A DNA stretch of 64,000 nt from Chiloscyllium plagiosum (lineage: Eukaryota), in assembly GCF_004010195.1 (NCBI RefSeq), contig NC_057745.1, positions 348,952-412,951 on the forward strand, given 5' to 3'. The notes beneath the pieces were generated by a model that did no database searches, had not been told where the DNA came from, and saw nothing but the letters and a program-made list of their open reading frames with translations. Below, one piece after another: positions 49,096 through 63,482 of this stretch (positions are counted from its first letter, which is position 1; the number at the start of each line of letters is the position of its first letter). Made by a program: the position numbers and the translations under genes.

Positions 49096-52000
49096 TCAGT
49101 TTCAGCCTTTGTGTTTTCCTAGCCTGTAAGGGTAATGACATATTCACATTCCATAACAGTCAAGATGAGGGAGCTGAGCTTCATAAACTCAAATCTGCTC
49201 AGTGGTGGTGTACATGAAAATGTATCAGGATTGTTCTATTACGTGCATATTCCACTCAGCTTATTAAATTACAAGTTCTTTTCCTATTGAGTATGATTTT
49301 TGTTAAGAGCCTTCAACATAAACCAGAAATTTAGTTATCCATCATCCAGTTGCGCAGCTTCCAGCTCTCGGGGTCAAAAGGAAATACTGCCACATATTCC
49401 ACAAGTGAATAAATGTTATCACCTTATTTACACCAATCCATTGACACTAAGGACAGATATCCTTAATTCTTCTGAACAAATGCTTCCCCCTCCCCACCCA
49501 TATGGTCAAGCGATTTCCTGCATATCCTGTTTAGCTCTTGTGTGTGTGTGGCAGAAGTGTCAAATGTAAGGCAAACCTTCTCAGAAGGGCTAATGCCCGA
49601 AACATTGATTTTCCTGCTCCTTGGATGCTGCCTGACATGCTGTGCTTTTCCGGCACCACATGTTTTGACTTGGGTTTCATAATGAAAAGTTGATCTGAAA
49701 ATATACGTGGTGCAGTGGCTCAGCACTCAGGACCTGGATTCGATTCCAGTCTTAAGTGAACTGTATGTGTGGAGCTTGCATGTAGGCGTGTGGGTTTCCT
49801 CCCACAGTTCAAAGATGTGTAGGTAAGGTGGATTGGCCATGCTAAATTGCCCATAGTGTCCACAATTGATGCAGGCTAGATGGGTTAGCCACGGAAAATG
49901 CAGGGTCACGGGATAGGGTCGATGGGGCAGGGGGTGCCCTTTGGAGAGTCATTGCAGACCTCCTGGCTGCCGTGGTCTCTATCTACACTATAGGGAGCCT
50001 GTCTGTTTCTCCAGTGCCCAACTAGATTATAGAAACATAAGAATAGGAGTAGGCCATTCTGCCCACTTGACTTTGCTCTACCATTTAATATGATTTAGAC
50101 CAATCAAATGCTTCAATACCTTTTACTCTCACTATCCTGGTAACCTTTTATGTCATTGGTTATTAGAAATTAGTCAACTTCTACTTAAAAGATACTCAAA
50201 GACTGAGCTTCCAAAGGCTTTTGGGTAGAGAATGCAAAGATTCACAATCCTGACTTTATTAACAAATAAAACCCTCCTCATTCTCAGTCCTAAATGGTGC
50301 CCCGGGTTCTAGACTGCCCAACAAAGGGAGGCATTTTACCTGCACCTACCTTGCCCATCCCTTTTAAGTATTTTGAAAGTTTCTGAGATCAAAACTTGTC
50401 TGTTATGACTATAAATTAGGTGTAACTCTCAGATTTTTGAGTCAAGCTGTACATAATAAGCTTCAGCAAACAGCGATATGATAATTGGGTAATCACTTTT
50501 TGTGATTATGATTGTGGGATAAATATCAGCCAGCACATTAGGCAGAGCTCCTCTTCAAAATAGTGCCATTACTGTATTATAGGCTCAGATATTTGTAACA
50601 ATATTTGAAACCATAACCAAGGTGACAGAGCAATAACTGAAGGAATAGTCCTAAGTTTTCATGCAGTTGATTGGGGGATCAGTTGAAATGTGCTCGCAGC
50701 AGGAGCAAGAAAGGTTTCCTTTTTTTTTTGATGGTTGATTTGCACAGAAAAAGGATCCCTCTGCTTTCCAGGATGTGTCCCACTGTCCCACTGCACCTTT
50801 CAACCACTGAATGTGGCCAATTGCTTTGTAAAAGTAAAGTTGTCACAGTCTTACCAGACCATAGGGTTACTCCATCATTAGAGAAAAGTAACTGATGATG
50901 CCTTAACCTGAGGGTCATCACACTTGTGGTAACCTCATCTGGTGTGGGGAATTGGTATCTCTCTGCATTGCAAAGCTGTCCAGCCAACAGTGCTAACAAA
51001 TCTCCCTTAGCTCTAACTCTTGAAGAACATCATGGTCATCCCATGTGGTCTGTGGCATATTGTACTAATTGCATGGAGGTCTCTGTCTGCTTATGCACAA
51101 TGGTAATAATAATATGAATGTTTTAAATGTATCTTTTTCTCGTAACTTGCTGTTAAACCAAGGCTATAAACTTCAGCAATGTACCATTAGTGTTTAAATT
51201 CCTGGTGGAAATCTATGTTCATTTTATCTATTCCAGTTTGAATGGTTTAAAAGTTTTTCTTTCTGTCCTTTTAAAGCATTATTGTTAAGATTAGATTCCC
51301 TACAGTGTGGAAACAGGCCCATCGGCCCAATAAGTCCACAGCGACCCTCTGAATTCAGAGTAATCCACCTCGACCCATTTGCCTCTGACTAATGCACCTA
51401 ACACTGTGGGCAGTTTTGCATGGCCAACTTACCTGACCTGCATATCTTTGGACTGTGGGAGGAAACCAGAGCACCCAGAGGAAACCCACGCTGACATGGG
51501 AGAATGTGCAAACTCCATATAGACAGTCACCCGAGGCTGGAATCGAACCTGCGTTCCTGGCGCTGAGGCAACAGTGCTGCCCGCAGTTGTCTTTAAATTC
51601 ACAAAGCTGTTCATGTTTCAACCTTGTAATGGCTCTTATTTTGATTCAATTAAAATGAAAAATTTCCTGGGTTTTAATTTATCTTCTGTCACAGTCTACT
51701 AATTCATGCCCTAATTTTGAGGATGACATCCTTTTGCATCACTTGACTTCAGCTTTTACACTGTAAATATTTTGTGATGCTTGTAGATAATTATGAATTA
51801 TTAAATATTAACATCTTGTGTTCCGTCGTTTCTTTTCTGACTGAATCAGTTTGATTCTAAAACTAGTTGAGCTACTTTGCTGTTGCTTTCAGACAGAATG
51901 ATGAAAAATCTGTCTCTTGTTCAGGCTAAGCCTCTAAAATTTTGCAATCTCGTCCCTCATTGTGTCATCATTTATTCTAGTTCTGCCCTTTCCAGTTTGT

Positions 52001-52960
52001 TGGGTGAAGTGTAGAATAGCAATAAAATACACTCCCTTCTCCTCCTCCTCTTAATCCCCTCCCATCCTCTTCCCCTACTCAAGGTGTTTCCATCTCTTTT
52101 CTGTTTGGTTGTTTTATATTTTGATTTCCCTGCTGCAACAGTCTCATTAAGTAAGTTGCCTACTCTATTCCTATGGTTAGCCTTCTCCAATCTCAATAAG
52201 CAGCAGAAATACCCAGCTAAACACACTGGCAAACAGTAGCATGGGTTTATGCTAACAGGATTAAATTAGGAGACCTGGACTGATCATCTGGAGATGCACG
52301 TTCAAATCTCATCATTGTAGCTGGGAGACTTAAATTATTAATTAAACCAGATTAAAATGAACAGGTAGTTTCAGTATCAGTGACCATGTAGCTACTGGAT
52401 TGTTGTAAAAATCCCCTTGGTTCATTGATGTCTTTGAGCAAAGAAAGTACCATGTTTACCTGAACTGCCTTCTGTGGACTTCAGGTTCAATGCACTGTGG
52501 GATGACTCTTTATTGTTCTCTCAGCTATTTGCAAAATAGTATTTTCTGTGTTCTGCTCTCTGTGCTCTCCCTGTGCCCTTGTACCCTTGCTGTGCCTTTG
52601 CTTTCTTGTTTTACTTGCCTGAGAACCTTCTATCACACACCATCTCTGAAAAATCTGCAGTGCAGCAGGTGACTTTATGATCTCTAAACCCTGCTTTTAA
52701 AATGGGTGGAAGTATGGGGAGTGGCGTGTATGAACCTGAAGAAGGGTCATGAGACTCAAAACGTTAATTCTGTTTTCACTCCATGGATACAGCCAGACCT
52801 CCTGAGTTTCTACAGCTGTTCCTATATCTGCAGAATCCACAGTTCTTTGTTATACTTATATATGCATTGACACCTCAATAGATGTTCTCATCTCTTCATT
52901 AGCTAATTTAGCATGAGAAAACTTAGTTGTGAGTGACCTGTCGTTTTAATGTTCCTACAG

Positions 52961-53101
52961 GAATTGGACTAGGTTTTTTAAGACATTGGTTTTCTGGTGG
53001 GGTTTGTAAGAGTAAAACACGACTGGATGGAAAAACAGTGATCGTTACTGGCGCTAATATTGGGATTGGAAAGGAGACTGCCAAAGACCTTGCTCAGAGA
53101 G
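52961..53101 (+). CDS. RDH12/RDH13-like short-chain dehydrogenase, internal exon: (G)[46 protein letters not shown](G)
   Basis: SDR Rossmann TGxxxGIG motif, AG/GT boundaries, 141 nt, phase 1 to 1. The first coding exon was not located. Confidence 0.92.
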
Positions 53102-53579
53102 GTAACCCTGCTCTTTAATGTAATGTTTTATTTTGTATGGTTACTTCTTTTATGTCAATCTGTATGACAGTTAATATTTGATTATCTGAAATTGAAAGTG
53201 CATTTCTGGTTTGCAGTGAACCAATCCTAATTCTGCTGTGAAGCCTGTTGCTACATCTTGACAACAGTAAAGGAAAACTGCAGCTTGTTTTGATCTTGAG
53301 CAGTCCTGTAGTGCTTTACAACCGAGAGAATGGTTGTCAGCACTGTTGCAATGCAGGAGTACATGTTGGAATGTACTGAATTTTGATTTGGTGGTTGCCA
53401 TTTCTGGGACAGTGTCTTGTATTAAATATTTAAAGATAAAAGTGTATAGAATTAGCAGAGGGAGAGAGAAATTAACCTCGTAGCTCCATCACAGAACCAA
53501 TTGGGGCTCATACACCATTTTGCTGTACATTGTCTCATTTAATGATGAGAATCCTGATAGCCTCACTTTCTGATTGTAG

Positions 53580-53771
53580 GGGCTCGTGTGATATTAGCTT
53601 GCCGTGATTTGGAAAAAGCCGGAAAGGCAGCTAAAGAGATCAGAAAAGCAAGTGGGAATGGAAATGTCGTAGTGCAGAAACTGGATTTGGCATCACTTCA
53701 GTCCGTGCGTTCCTTTGCAAACAAAATTACAGAAACTGAAACACGCCTGGACATTCTCATTAATAATGCAG
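53580..53771 (+). CDS. RDH-like exon: GARVILACRDLEKAGKAAKEIRKASGNGNVVVQKLDLASLQSVRSFANKITETETRLDILINNA(G)
   Basis: LACR, LDLASL and LINNAG motifs of RDH11-14 type SDRs, AG/GT boundaries, 192 nt. Confidence 0.93.
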
Positions 53772-55744
53772 GTAAGAGCAGTTTAAGATGCTGGAAAAAG
53801 AAGAAAAATAATCTGATTCATACCAAATCTTATAATCTTCTCGGCTTTCAAAATTATTTTCAGCCAATTAATTACTTTTGAAGCATACTTTTTGGTTGGC
53901 AAGTGTAAGTTTAATAATTAGATAATTCATATTAATTCATTGTGGGTGCAATTTAGTTCAGATGCTTCAAATTTGACATAGTGTAGTCTAGGCACTGTGT
54001 TAATGAATAAAATGGAATTCTCATTGGTTAGTAATGCAGTAATAGTTAATTTGGTTAGATTTTAGTGTGTATACATTGCCTTAAACATGAGACTGTGGAG
54101 TGTTTTAGAGTGTACACTTTGCCATTCAAAATGGGACGGCATGGTGGTTCGGTGTTAGCATTGCTGCTTCACAGCGGGTTCGATTCCAGCTCGGGCGACT
54201 GTGTGGAGTTTGCACATTCTCCCCGTGTCTGCATGGGTTTCCCCCGAGTGCTCTGATTTCCTCCCGCAGTCCAAAAGGTGTGCAGGTCAGGTGAATTGGT
54301 CATGCTAAATTGTCCATAGTGTTAGGTGCATCATTCAGAGGGAAATGGATCTGGATGGGTTACTCTTCAGAGGGTCAGTGTGGGCTTGTTGGGCTGAAGG
54401 GCCTGTTTCCACGCTGTAGGGAATCTAATATAATATCAAATTTTTATGAGCATTTGAATTAAGAGCAGGAGTAGGCTATTCAGCTCCTCTTGCCTGCTCT
54501 ACCATTTACTAAGGTCATGGTCAACCAGTTTATGGCCTCAAATCCATGTTCCTATCTATCCACAGCGCCCTTTTCAAAGTATACTCAAATTAAAGATTAC
54601 ACTCATCTAACAGCTTAGGGATATTTAAGTAATTTTAAAAAATACAAAACTTTGCACTTCTCAAGAACAGAGGGCAACCTTGAAGCCCGATATCCAGAAC
54701 CCAGCTTGTAGACAGTGAATTTTACTTCCTTGAGGCAAGATATCTAAAGTTTTCATGCTGATAGGAGCCCAACCTTTGGACAGGGGTCTCTGCCCTGGAA
54801 GTTAGGCTGTCTTAGATTTATCTATATTCCAGCCCTGAAATAAGAATATACCCTGACATCTTACTGATAAAAGAAATACTCAACATTAAGGTTCCTGGGA
54901 CTACTTTTCAGTACTCAGTTTGGGTTAACCCACCCTAACTAACAATTCTTGTTGAAATTCTCATTGGTTAGTAAAGCAGTAATAGTTAATTTGGTTAGAT
55001 TTTAGTGTGTATACATTGCCTTAAACATGAGACTGTGGAGTGTTTTAGAGTGTACACTTTGTCTTCAAAATGAATAGGCCTCCACTCTCTAGTGTAAAGA
55101 TAACATCTTCATATTTTCTTTATTTTTGGGCTGTGGAAAATACTGGTGTGTATCAAGAACACAGTGGAATGAAAATCGCTGCAATTTTAAAAGTTATGCT
55201 TAACGGAGTTGTTTGCAGCATGTCAAGCAAATGGAGGTAAAAGTGCATAAGAAGCAATGGGCAGAATCCTCTAGGTACCAGTACAACATGGACTATGACG
55301 AGAAGTCAGTGAGGTCTATCTCGAAATCAGGAGCAATTTGCTGTATCTTTTAATTAAGTTCCAGCATATTGAGATGGGATTCCCATGAGGGAGTAGCAAT
55401 TTCCCTGTTAAAGGGAATTATTGCTTGTTAAAAACCTATTAATATGTTGCTTTCAGCCCCACCATCCGTCACAAGCAAACTAGATGCTGAAAGTTCTTAC
55501 ATTGCTAGCCAGAGTGGATGCCTAGTGACTTCAGCCTGCTACTGGCTGTGAAGAATCTCTACATAATATATACACAGCAAGGCAGGGCATGATCTATGGG
55601 CATCAGTCACACAAACCCCTCATCCATGGACATTGGCATCTGATATTTGTCAACACTTCAGGCTCCACATGGCCCCTGTCCAATCTCAGGAGCAAGATGC
55701 AGGGAAATCACAGAGCTGTATTGTACTGAGCACCAGCAGGAGAG

Positions 55745-56075
55745 GCAGTGGTGAAGTGCTATTATTGCTAGACTATTAATTCAGAAACTTGGCTAATGTT
55801 CCGAGGACCTGTGTTCAAATCCTGCCATGACAGATAGTGGAATTTGAATTAATTAAAAATCTGGAATTAAGAGTCTAATGATAACCGTAAAGCCATTGTT
55901 GATTGTCGGAAAAAAAACATCTGGTTCGTTAATGTCCTACAGGGAATGAAATCTGCCATCCTTACCTGGTCTGACCTACATGTGATTCCAGACCCACAGC
56001 AATGTGGTTGACTCTGAACTGGGCAATAAATGTTGGTCTAGCCAGAGACAGCCAAATCTCATAAGTAAATTTTAA
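55745..56075 (+). mobile_element. Second tRNA-derived SINE family (other copies at about 6120-6385, 7250-7450, 52240-52520, 57495-57790)
   Basis: GTTCAAATCC B box and shared core CCTTACCTGGTCTG.CCTACATGTGA.TCCAGACCCACAGCAATGTGGTTGACTCT. The 3' tail matches the end of the LINE at about 61640-61705. Confidence 0.7.
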
Positions 56076-56970
56076 AAAACAGCTAGTATCGAAAGGCTGC
56101 TGCAAGGACACACTGCATGCTGGGACAGGCGCGCATCTCTCAGATGGATCAAACTGCTTGTTTACTCTCCTCATGCTCAATCAGCACTGTGTGCTTACGG
56201 CATCCCCACCCTGTTTTGCCTTGCTTTGTTGCATTTATTAGCATAGTTACACAACCAGGCAACTTGTCTTGCTGTGTGGTAGCTGCATCAATTTTGCATC
56301 TGCACCATGCACAAACAGCTTACACAGCAAAAACACTGCATGTCCATCAAGCAAACAGTTCTGTCTCAGTTTTGGTTGATGGGTAGGTAGGTAGGTGGGT
56401 GGGGGAGTTGGGAGTAATTTTCACCAAAGTCCATGAAGTACTCATCAGCCAGGGGATCCCAGCACAGTATGTCAAGGGCAGTCTGTGATACCAGTCCAGA
56501 GGATCTACTATGGTCAAGCATCTGGTTGGAGTGTACTTGGCCAGGGGTACATGCTTCTGCCATCAGGGAGTGGGTGATACTCAGTCCTGTGGTTCCATAG
56601 TGACCAGGCTGAAGACTAGGGCCAAGGCAGTTTGGAATATGCAAGGCAGCATTCAGGGGTCTGGACATTTCTTATCTGTTTTGGTTAGGTAGCTCAAGGG
56701 ATGGGTTACAATCAGACCATCTGGACTAGGTGGACTGCTGCTGTGTGAAAGTGCCTTGAGAATCTATTTGCAAGTATTGGGGGCTGCAGGCTGGGGAGGG
56801 GATAAATGTGGTAAAGCATGGATGAGAGTGATGTAATAATTTGGGAATGGGGTAGTGACAGCATCTGACATGGTCAACTCATGGGTTGTGGGGAGAAAGT
56901 TGGGCAGATGCAGACTCATGTTGGGTGGGAACCTGGCGAGGTGTGAAATCTGTGGGGTTCATAAGAAAGG

Positions 56971-57470
56971 NNNNNNNNNNNNNNNNNNNNNNNNNNNNNN
57001 NNNNNNNNNNNNNNNNNNNNNNNNNNNNNNNNNNNNNNNNNNNNNNNNNNNNNNNNNNNNNNNNNNNNNNNNNNNNNNNNNNNNNNNNNNNNNNNNNNNN
57101 NNNNNNNNNNNNNNNNNNNNNNNNNNNNNNNNNNNNNNNNNNNNNNNNNNNNNNNNNNNNNNNNNNNNNNNNNNNNNNNNNNNNNNNNNNNNNNNNNNNN
57201 NNNNNNNNNNNNNNNNNNNNNNNNNNNNNNNNNNNNNNNNNNNNNNNNNNNNNNNNNNNNNNNNNNNNNNNNNNNNNNNNNNNNNNNNNNNNNNNNNNNN
57301 NNNNNNNNNNNNNNNNNNNNNNNNNNNNNNNNNNNNNNNNNNNNNNNNNNNNNNNNNNNNNNNNNNNNNNNNNNNNNNNNNNNNNNNNNNNNNNNNNNNN
57401 NNNNNNNNNNNNNNNNNNNNNNNNNNNNNNNNNNNNNNNNNNNNNNNNNNNNNNNNNNNNNNNNNNNNNN
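56971..57470. other. Assembly gap (500 N, probably a placeholder size)
   Basis: Run of N. Confidence 1.
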
Positions 57471-57789
57471 TGCCCATTACGCTATAGTTTCAGAGGAAAT
57501 GATGGCCTTGTGGTATTGTCGCTCGACTATTAATCCAGAAACTTGGCTAAGGTCGCAGGTTCAAATCCTGCCACGACAATTGGTGGGATTTGAGTTAATT
57601 TTTTTAAAATGTAACTAAGAATCTATTGATGACCATTAAGTTGTTATACAGTGAGAAAAACCCATCTAGTTCACTAATGCTCTTCAAGGAAGGAATTCTA
57701 CCATCTTTGCCTGGTCTGGCCTACATGTAACTCCAGACCCACAGCGATATGATTGATTCTCAATTGCCCTCTGAAATGGCCTAGCAAGC

Positions 57790-60700
57790 CACTTGGTTGG
57801 ATCAATTGCTTTGAAATCTCAAAGGTGTGAAACGAGACAGACCACCTAGCAATGGCAAGAACTATGGCAAAAACAGCCCTCTTGACCCTGCAAAGTCCTC
57901 CTCACTAACACCTGGGGGCGAGTGCCAAAATTGGAAGAGGTGTCTCAAACTAGTGAGCAAAGAGTCTGACATCGTCATACTCACGGAATCATACCTTAGG
58001 ACAATGTCCCCACCGCCACCATCCAACTGGCAGGACAGACTCAAGAGAGGTGGAGGTTTACTGGTATACAGAGGGGAAGGAATTGCCCGAGGGATCCTCA
58101 ACATTGACTCTGGATCCCATGACATCTCATGGCTTTAGTTTAAGTGTGGGCAAGGAAATTTCCAGCTGGTTACCACTTGCCATCCTCCCTCAGCTGACAC
58201 ATCAGTACTCCTCCAAGTTGAGCAACACTTCAAAGCATGGAGGGTGGCAAGGAGGCAAAATGTACACTGGGTAGGGGATTTCACTGTCCACCACTAAGTG
58301 TGGCTTGGAAGCAACAGTATTGATCAAGCTGGTCAGGTCCTAAAGGACATAGCTGCTAAACTGGGTTTGTGGTAGCTGATGAGGAAGCAACAAAAGGGAA
58401 CAACATACTTGACCTCATCCTTACCAACTGCCAGCTGCAGATGCTTCTGTCCATGATACTATCAGTAAGAGTGACCACCGCTCAATCCTTGAGGAGACAA
58501 AGTCCTGCCTTCACATTGAGAGTAGCCTCCATCACCGTGCTAAATGGGACAGACTTCAAACAGATCTGGCAATTCGGGATTCCATGAGGTGCTGTGGGCC
58601 ATCAGCCGCAGCAGAATTGTACACAATCTGCAACTTTGTGGCCCAGTATATCCCCACTCAACCATTGCCATAAAGCAAGGGAATCTACCCTGGTTCAATG
58701 GAAATTACGGGAGGGCATAATGCATACCTAAAAATTAGGTTCTGGATTAGTGGTGCTGGAAGAGCAGCATCCGAGGAGCAGTAAAATCGATGTTTCGGGT
58801 AAAAGCCCTTCATCAGGAATAAAGGCAGAGAGCCTGAAGCGTGGAGAGATAAGCTAGAGGAGGGTGGGGGTGGGGAGAAANNNNNNNNNNNNNNNNNNNN
58901 NNNNNNNNNNNNNNNNNNNNNNNNNNNNNNNNNNNNNNNNNNNNNNNNNNNNNNNNNNNNNNNNNNNNNNNNNNNNNNNNNNNNNNNNNNNNNNNNNNNN
59001 NNNNNNNNNNNNNNNNNNNNNNNNNNNNNNNNNNNNNNNNNNNNNNNNNNNNNNNNNNNNNNNNNNNNNNNNNNNNNNNNNNNNNNNNNNNNNNNNNNNN
59101 NNNNNNNNNNNNNNNNNNNNNNNNNNNNNNNNNNNNNNNNNNNNNNNNNNNNNNNNNNNNNNNNNNNNNNNNNNNNNNNNNNNNNNNNNNNNNNNNNNNN
59201 NNNNNNNNNNNNNNNNNNNNNNNNNNNNNNNNNNNNNNNNNNNNNNNNNNNNNNNNNNNNNNNNNNNNNNNNNNNNNNNNNNNNNNNNNNNNNNNNNNNN
59301 NNNNNNNNNNNNNNNNNNNNNNNNNNNNNNNNNNNNNNNNNNNNNNNNNNNNNNNNNNNNNNNNNNNNNNNNNNNNNNNNNNNNNNNNNNNNNNNNNNNN
59401 NNNNNNNNNNNNNNNNNNNNNNNNNNNNNNNNNNNNNNNNNNNNNNNNNNNNNNNNNNNNNNNNNNNNNNNNNNNNNNNNNNNNNNNNNNNNNNNNNNNN
59501 NNNNNNNNNNNNNNNNNNNNNNNNNNNNNNNNNNNNNNNNNNNNNNNNNNNNNNNNNNNNNNNNNNNNNNNNNNNNNNNNNNNNNNNNNNNNNNNNNNNN
59601 NNNNNNNNNNNNNNNNNNNNNNNNNNNNNNNNNNNNNNNNNNNNNNNNNNNNNNNNNNNNNNNNNNNNNNNNACCCCCACCCTCCTCTAGCTTATCTCTC
59701 CACGCTTCAGGCTCTCTGCCTTTATTCCTGATGAAGGGCTTTTGCCCGAAATGTCTATTTTACTGCTCCTCGGATGCTGCCTGAACTGCTGTGCTCTTCC
59801 AGTACCACTAATCCAGAATCTGGTTTCCAGCATCTGCAGTCATTGTTTTTACCTAAAAATGAGGTGCCAACGTGATGAAGCTACCACCTAGGATTATTTG
59901 CATGCCAAACAGCATAAGCAGCAAGTGATAGGCAGAACTAAACAAACCCACAACCAATGGATCATATCTAACCTCTGCAGTCCTACCACATCCAGTTGTG
60001 AATGGTTGTATATGAGTAAACAACTCCCAGGAGGAAAAGGAGGCTCCACAAATCATCATTGATGGAAGAGCCCAGCGCATCAGTGCAAAAGGTAAGGCTG
60101 AAGCTTTCGCAGCAATCTTCAGCTAGAAGTGCGCATGGATGATCCATCTCTGTCTCCTCCAGTATTCTCTGAATTACAGACACCAACCTATGGCCAATTG
60201 ATATCCACATTATATCAATTTGGAGGCACTGGCCACTGCACAGGACATGAGCCCTGGCAACATTCCAGCAATAGTACTGAAGAGTTGTGCTCCAGAACTT
60301 GCAGCTCCCCTAGCCAAGCTCTTCCAGTATGGTTACAACACTGGCATCTACCAGACAATGTGGAAAATTGCCCAGGTATGTCCTGTACTTTAAAGAAGGA
60401 CAAATTCAATCTGGCCAATTACCACCCCATCGGTCTACTCTTGATCATCAATAAAGTGATGGAAGGTGTCATCAACAGTGCTATCAAGCAGCATCTGCTC
60501 ACTAATGCCCAATTTGGGTTCCAACAGGGCCACTTGCCTCTTGATCTCATTACAGCTTTGGTTCAAACATAGAAGAGCTGAATTCTGGAGGTGAGGTGAG
60601 AGTGATAGCTCTTGATGTCAAAGCCATAATTGGGGTGAAAGACAGTATGGCATTGAGGACCCCTAGCAAAACTGGAATCAGTGGGTATCGGGTAAACCCT

Positions 60701-61705
60701 CCACTGGTTTGAGTCTCTCCCTGGTGCGTAGGAAGATGATTGTGGTTATTGGAGATAAGTTTTCTCAGTTTTCGGTCATCTCTGCAGGAGTTCCTCCGAG
60801 TAGTGTCCTGGGCCCAATGACCCTCCCTCTATCATAGGGTCAGAAGCGAGGATGTTCGCTGATGATTGCACAATGTTCAGCACCATTTGTGACTCCTCAG
60901 ATACTGAAACAGTCCATGTTCAGAAACAAGAATCTGGACAATATTCAACTGACAAATAACATTCGCACCATACAAATGCTAGGTGATGACTATCACCAAT
61001 AAGAGAAATATAACCACTGACCCTTGTCCTTCAATGTTATCATCATTGAATTCACCACTATCAACATTCTGGAGGTTACAACTGGACTCGTCACATAAAC
61101 ACAGTGGCTACAAGACCAGGTCAGAGGCTAAGAATATCGTAGCAAGTAACTTCTCTCCTGACTCCCCAAAGCCTGTCCACATCTACAAGGCACAAGTGAA
61201 GAGTGTGATGGCATATACTCTCCACTTGCCTGATGAACGCAGCTCCAACAACACTCAAAAAAAAATCTCAGCACCATTCAGGACAAAGAAGGCCGCTTGA
61301 TTGGCAATACATTCACAAGCATCCACTCTCTCCACCACTGATGCTCAGTAACAGCAGTGTATACCATCTACAAGATGACTGTAAACGTTCATCAAAGATC
61401 CTCAGATAGCACACTCCAAAGCCATGATAACTTCCATCTACCAGGACAAGTGTAGTAGATTTGAGGGAACACCACCACCTGCAAGTTCCTTTCCAAGCTA
61501 CTCACTATTCTGATTTGGAAATATTTTGCCATTCCTTCAGTATTGCTGGGTCAAGATCCTAGAATTATCTCCATAAGGGCATTGTGGGTCAATCCATTGC
61601 AGGGTTTCAAGAAGGCAGCTCACCAGCACCTTCTCAAAGGCAACTTGGGCCATGAAATTAATGCTGGCCAGCCAGTGACACCCACATCCATGAATGAATA
61701 AAAAA
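57790..61705 (+). mobile_element. Old, long CR1/L2-clade LINE (APE endonuclease and RT remnants), interrupted by a Penelope-derived palindromic element at about 58737-59850; second 3' copy at about 61860-62800
   Basis: DIVILTESYL, RGGG, NILDLILTN, NYHPIGLL, QFGFQQG and FADD remnants. TACCTAAAAAT is duplicated around the insert. Confidence 0.8.
58881..59672. other. Assembly gap between the inverted arms of a Penelope-derived element
   Basis: Run of N. Confidence 1.
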
Positions 61706-62930
61706 CGTTGGGTCTGTTTGTGTGTCTACCTGAGGAGTAAATGACATTTGTCATAATTGCAGTTTGAGAAAGAGAAATCCATATTTTGGATTGGACTTTT
61801 GTTTCTTTGTGATCTCGTTTACAGATTTTCATTTTGGCAAATGCAAAGTATTATAGACTCAATCATTTTCAGCTGCTTCATCAATGACCATCCCTCCTTC
61901 ACAAGGTCACGAGTGGGGATTTTTGTTGATGATTGCACAATGTTTAGCACTATTCACATCGCTTTGGATACTGGAGAGGCCTATATCCAAATGAGAAAGA
62001 CCTGGGCAATATCACGGTCTGGGCTAGCAAGTGGTAAGTGATGTTTGCATCACTCAAGAGTCAGACAATGACCATCTCCAGTAGGAGAGAATCTAATTAT
62101 CTCCTTGACATTCAGTGGCATGACCATTGCTGAATTTGTCACTGCCAGCATTCTGGTAGTTACTGTTGACCAGAAACTGAGCTAGATTGACCATATTAAT
62201 GGCTACATGAGCAATCTGGTCGCAACAAATCCTGCAACAATCACCTTCTGACTCCCCTATGTCTGTCCACTGTCTACAAGGCACAAATCAGGCATGTGAT
62301 GAGATCTCCCCACTTACCTTGATGATTGCACCTTCAGCAACATTCAGCCCACTCCATTGTGTTGAGCATAATTCACAAATTTGACAAAGTCTGATTGATT
62401 GGTCCCATATTCACAAACATTCACTCCTTTCATCGCCGACACGCAGTGTTTAAAATCGACAAGATTACCATATAAATTCACCAAAGCTTCTCCGACAGCA
62501 CCTTCCTAACCCATAACAATTACAGTCTAGAAAGGCGAGGACAGCAGAGCTATGGGAATGCCACTATGTACAAGTTTCCCTCCAAGCCATTCACCATCCA
62601 GACAAGAAAATATATTGCCATTCCTTCAATGGTACTTTGTTAAAATTATGGATCTCCCTCTCAAACAGTTTTGTGAGTTACCTCCACCAAATAGACTGCA
62701 GCAGTTCAAGAAGGCAGCTCACTATCACTTTTTCAAGTGCAGATAGGGATGGACAATAAATGCTGGCCCAGCAAAAGTCACTAATCATGAATGAATAAAA
62801 ATGCCTCAGTTTTGAAAGCAAGGTCTTTTCACGTTCATTCATGTGCTGTGTTAAAAGAACCGAAGAAACAGTGATTTGATGTGAGCCACATAATCTGGAG
62901 TAAGATCAAACAGAACATTACCTGAATCAC

Positions 62931-63482
62931 CGAGCTGGGAATTTGTGTTGCAGACGTTTCGTCCCCTGTCTAGGTGACATCCTCGGTGCTTGGGAGCCTC
63001 CTGTGAAGCGCTTCTGTGATCTTTCCTCCGGCATTTGTAGTGGTTTGTCTCTGCCGCTTCTGGTTGTCAGTTCCAGCTGTCCGCTGCAGTGGTTGGTGTA
63101 TTAGGTCCAGGTCAATGTGCTTATTGATTGAATCTGTGGATGAGTGCCACGCCTCTAGGAATTCCCTGGCTGTTCTCTGTTTGGCTTGTCCTATAATAGT
63201 AGTGTTGTCCCAATCAAACTCACGTTGCTTGTCATCTGCGTGTGTGGCTACGAAGGATAACTGGTCGTGTCGTTTCGTGGTTAGTTGGTGTTCATGGATG
63301 CGGATCGTTAGCTGTCTTCCTGTTTGTCCTATGTAGTGTTTTGTGCAGTCCTTGCATGGGATTTTGTACACTACATTTGTACACTAAGTAGGGGACGAAA
63401 CATCTGCAACACAAACTCCCAGCTCGGCGAACAGAATCACAACAACGAGCACCCGAGCTACAAATCTTCTCACAAACTTTGG
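62931..63482 (-). mobile_element. Penelope-like GIY-YIG 3' fragment, same family as 20146-20835 and 47522-47896
   Basis: YKIPCKDCTKHYIGQTGRQLTIRIHEH...REFLEAWHS translation. TSD TTACC(T/C)GAATCAC at 62918 and 63483. Confidence 0.9.

Noticed and set aside
8633-59784. Long ORFs in the track containing runs of X
   Set aside because: Artefacts of assembly gaps.
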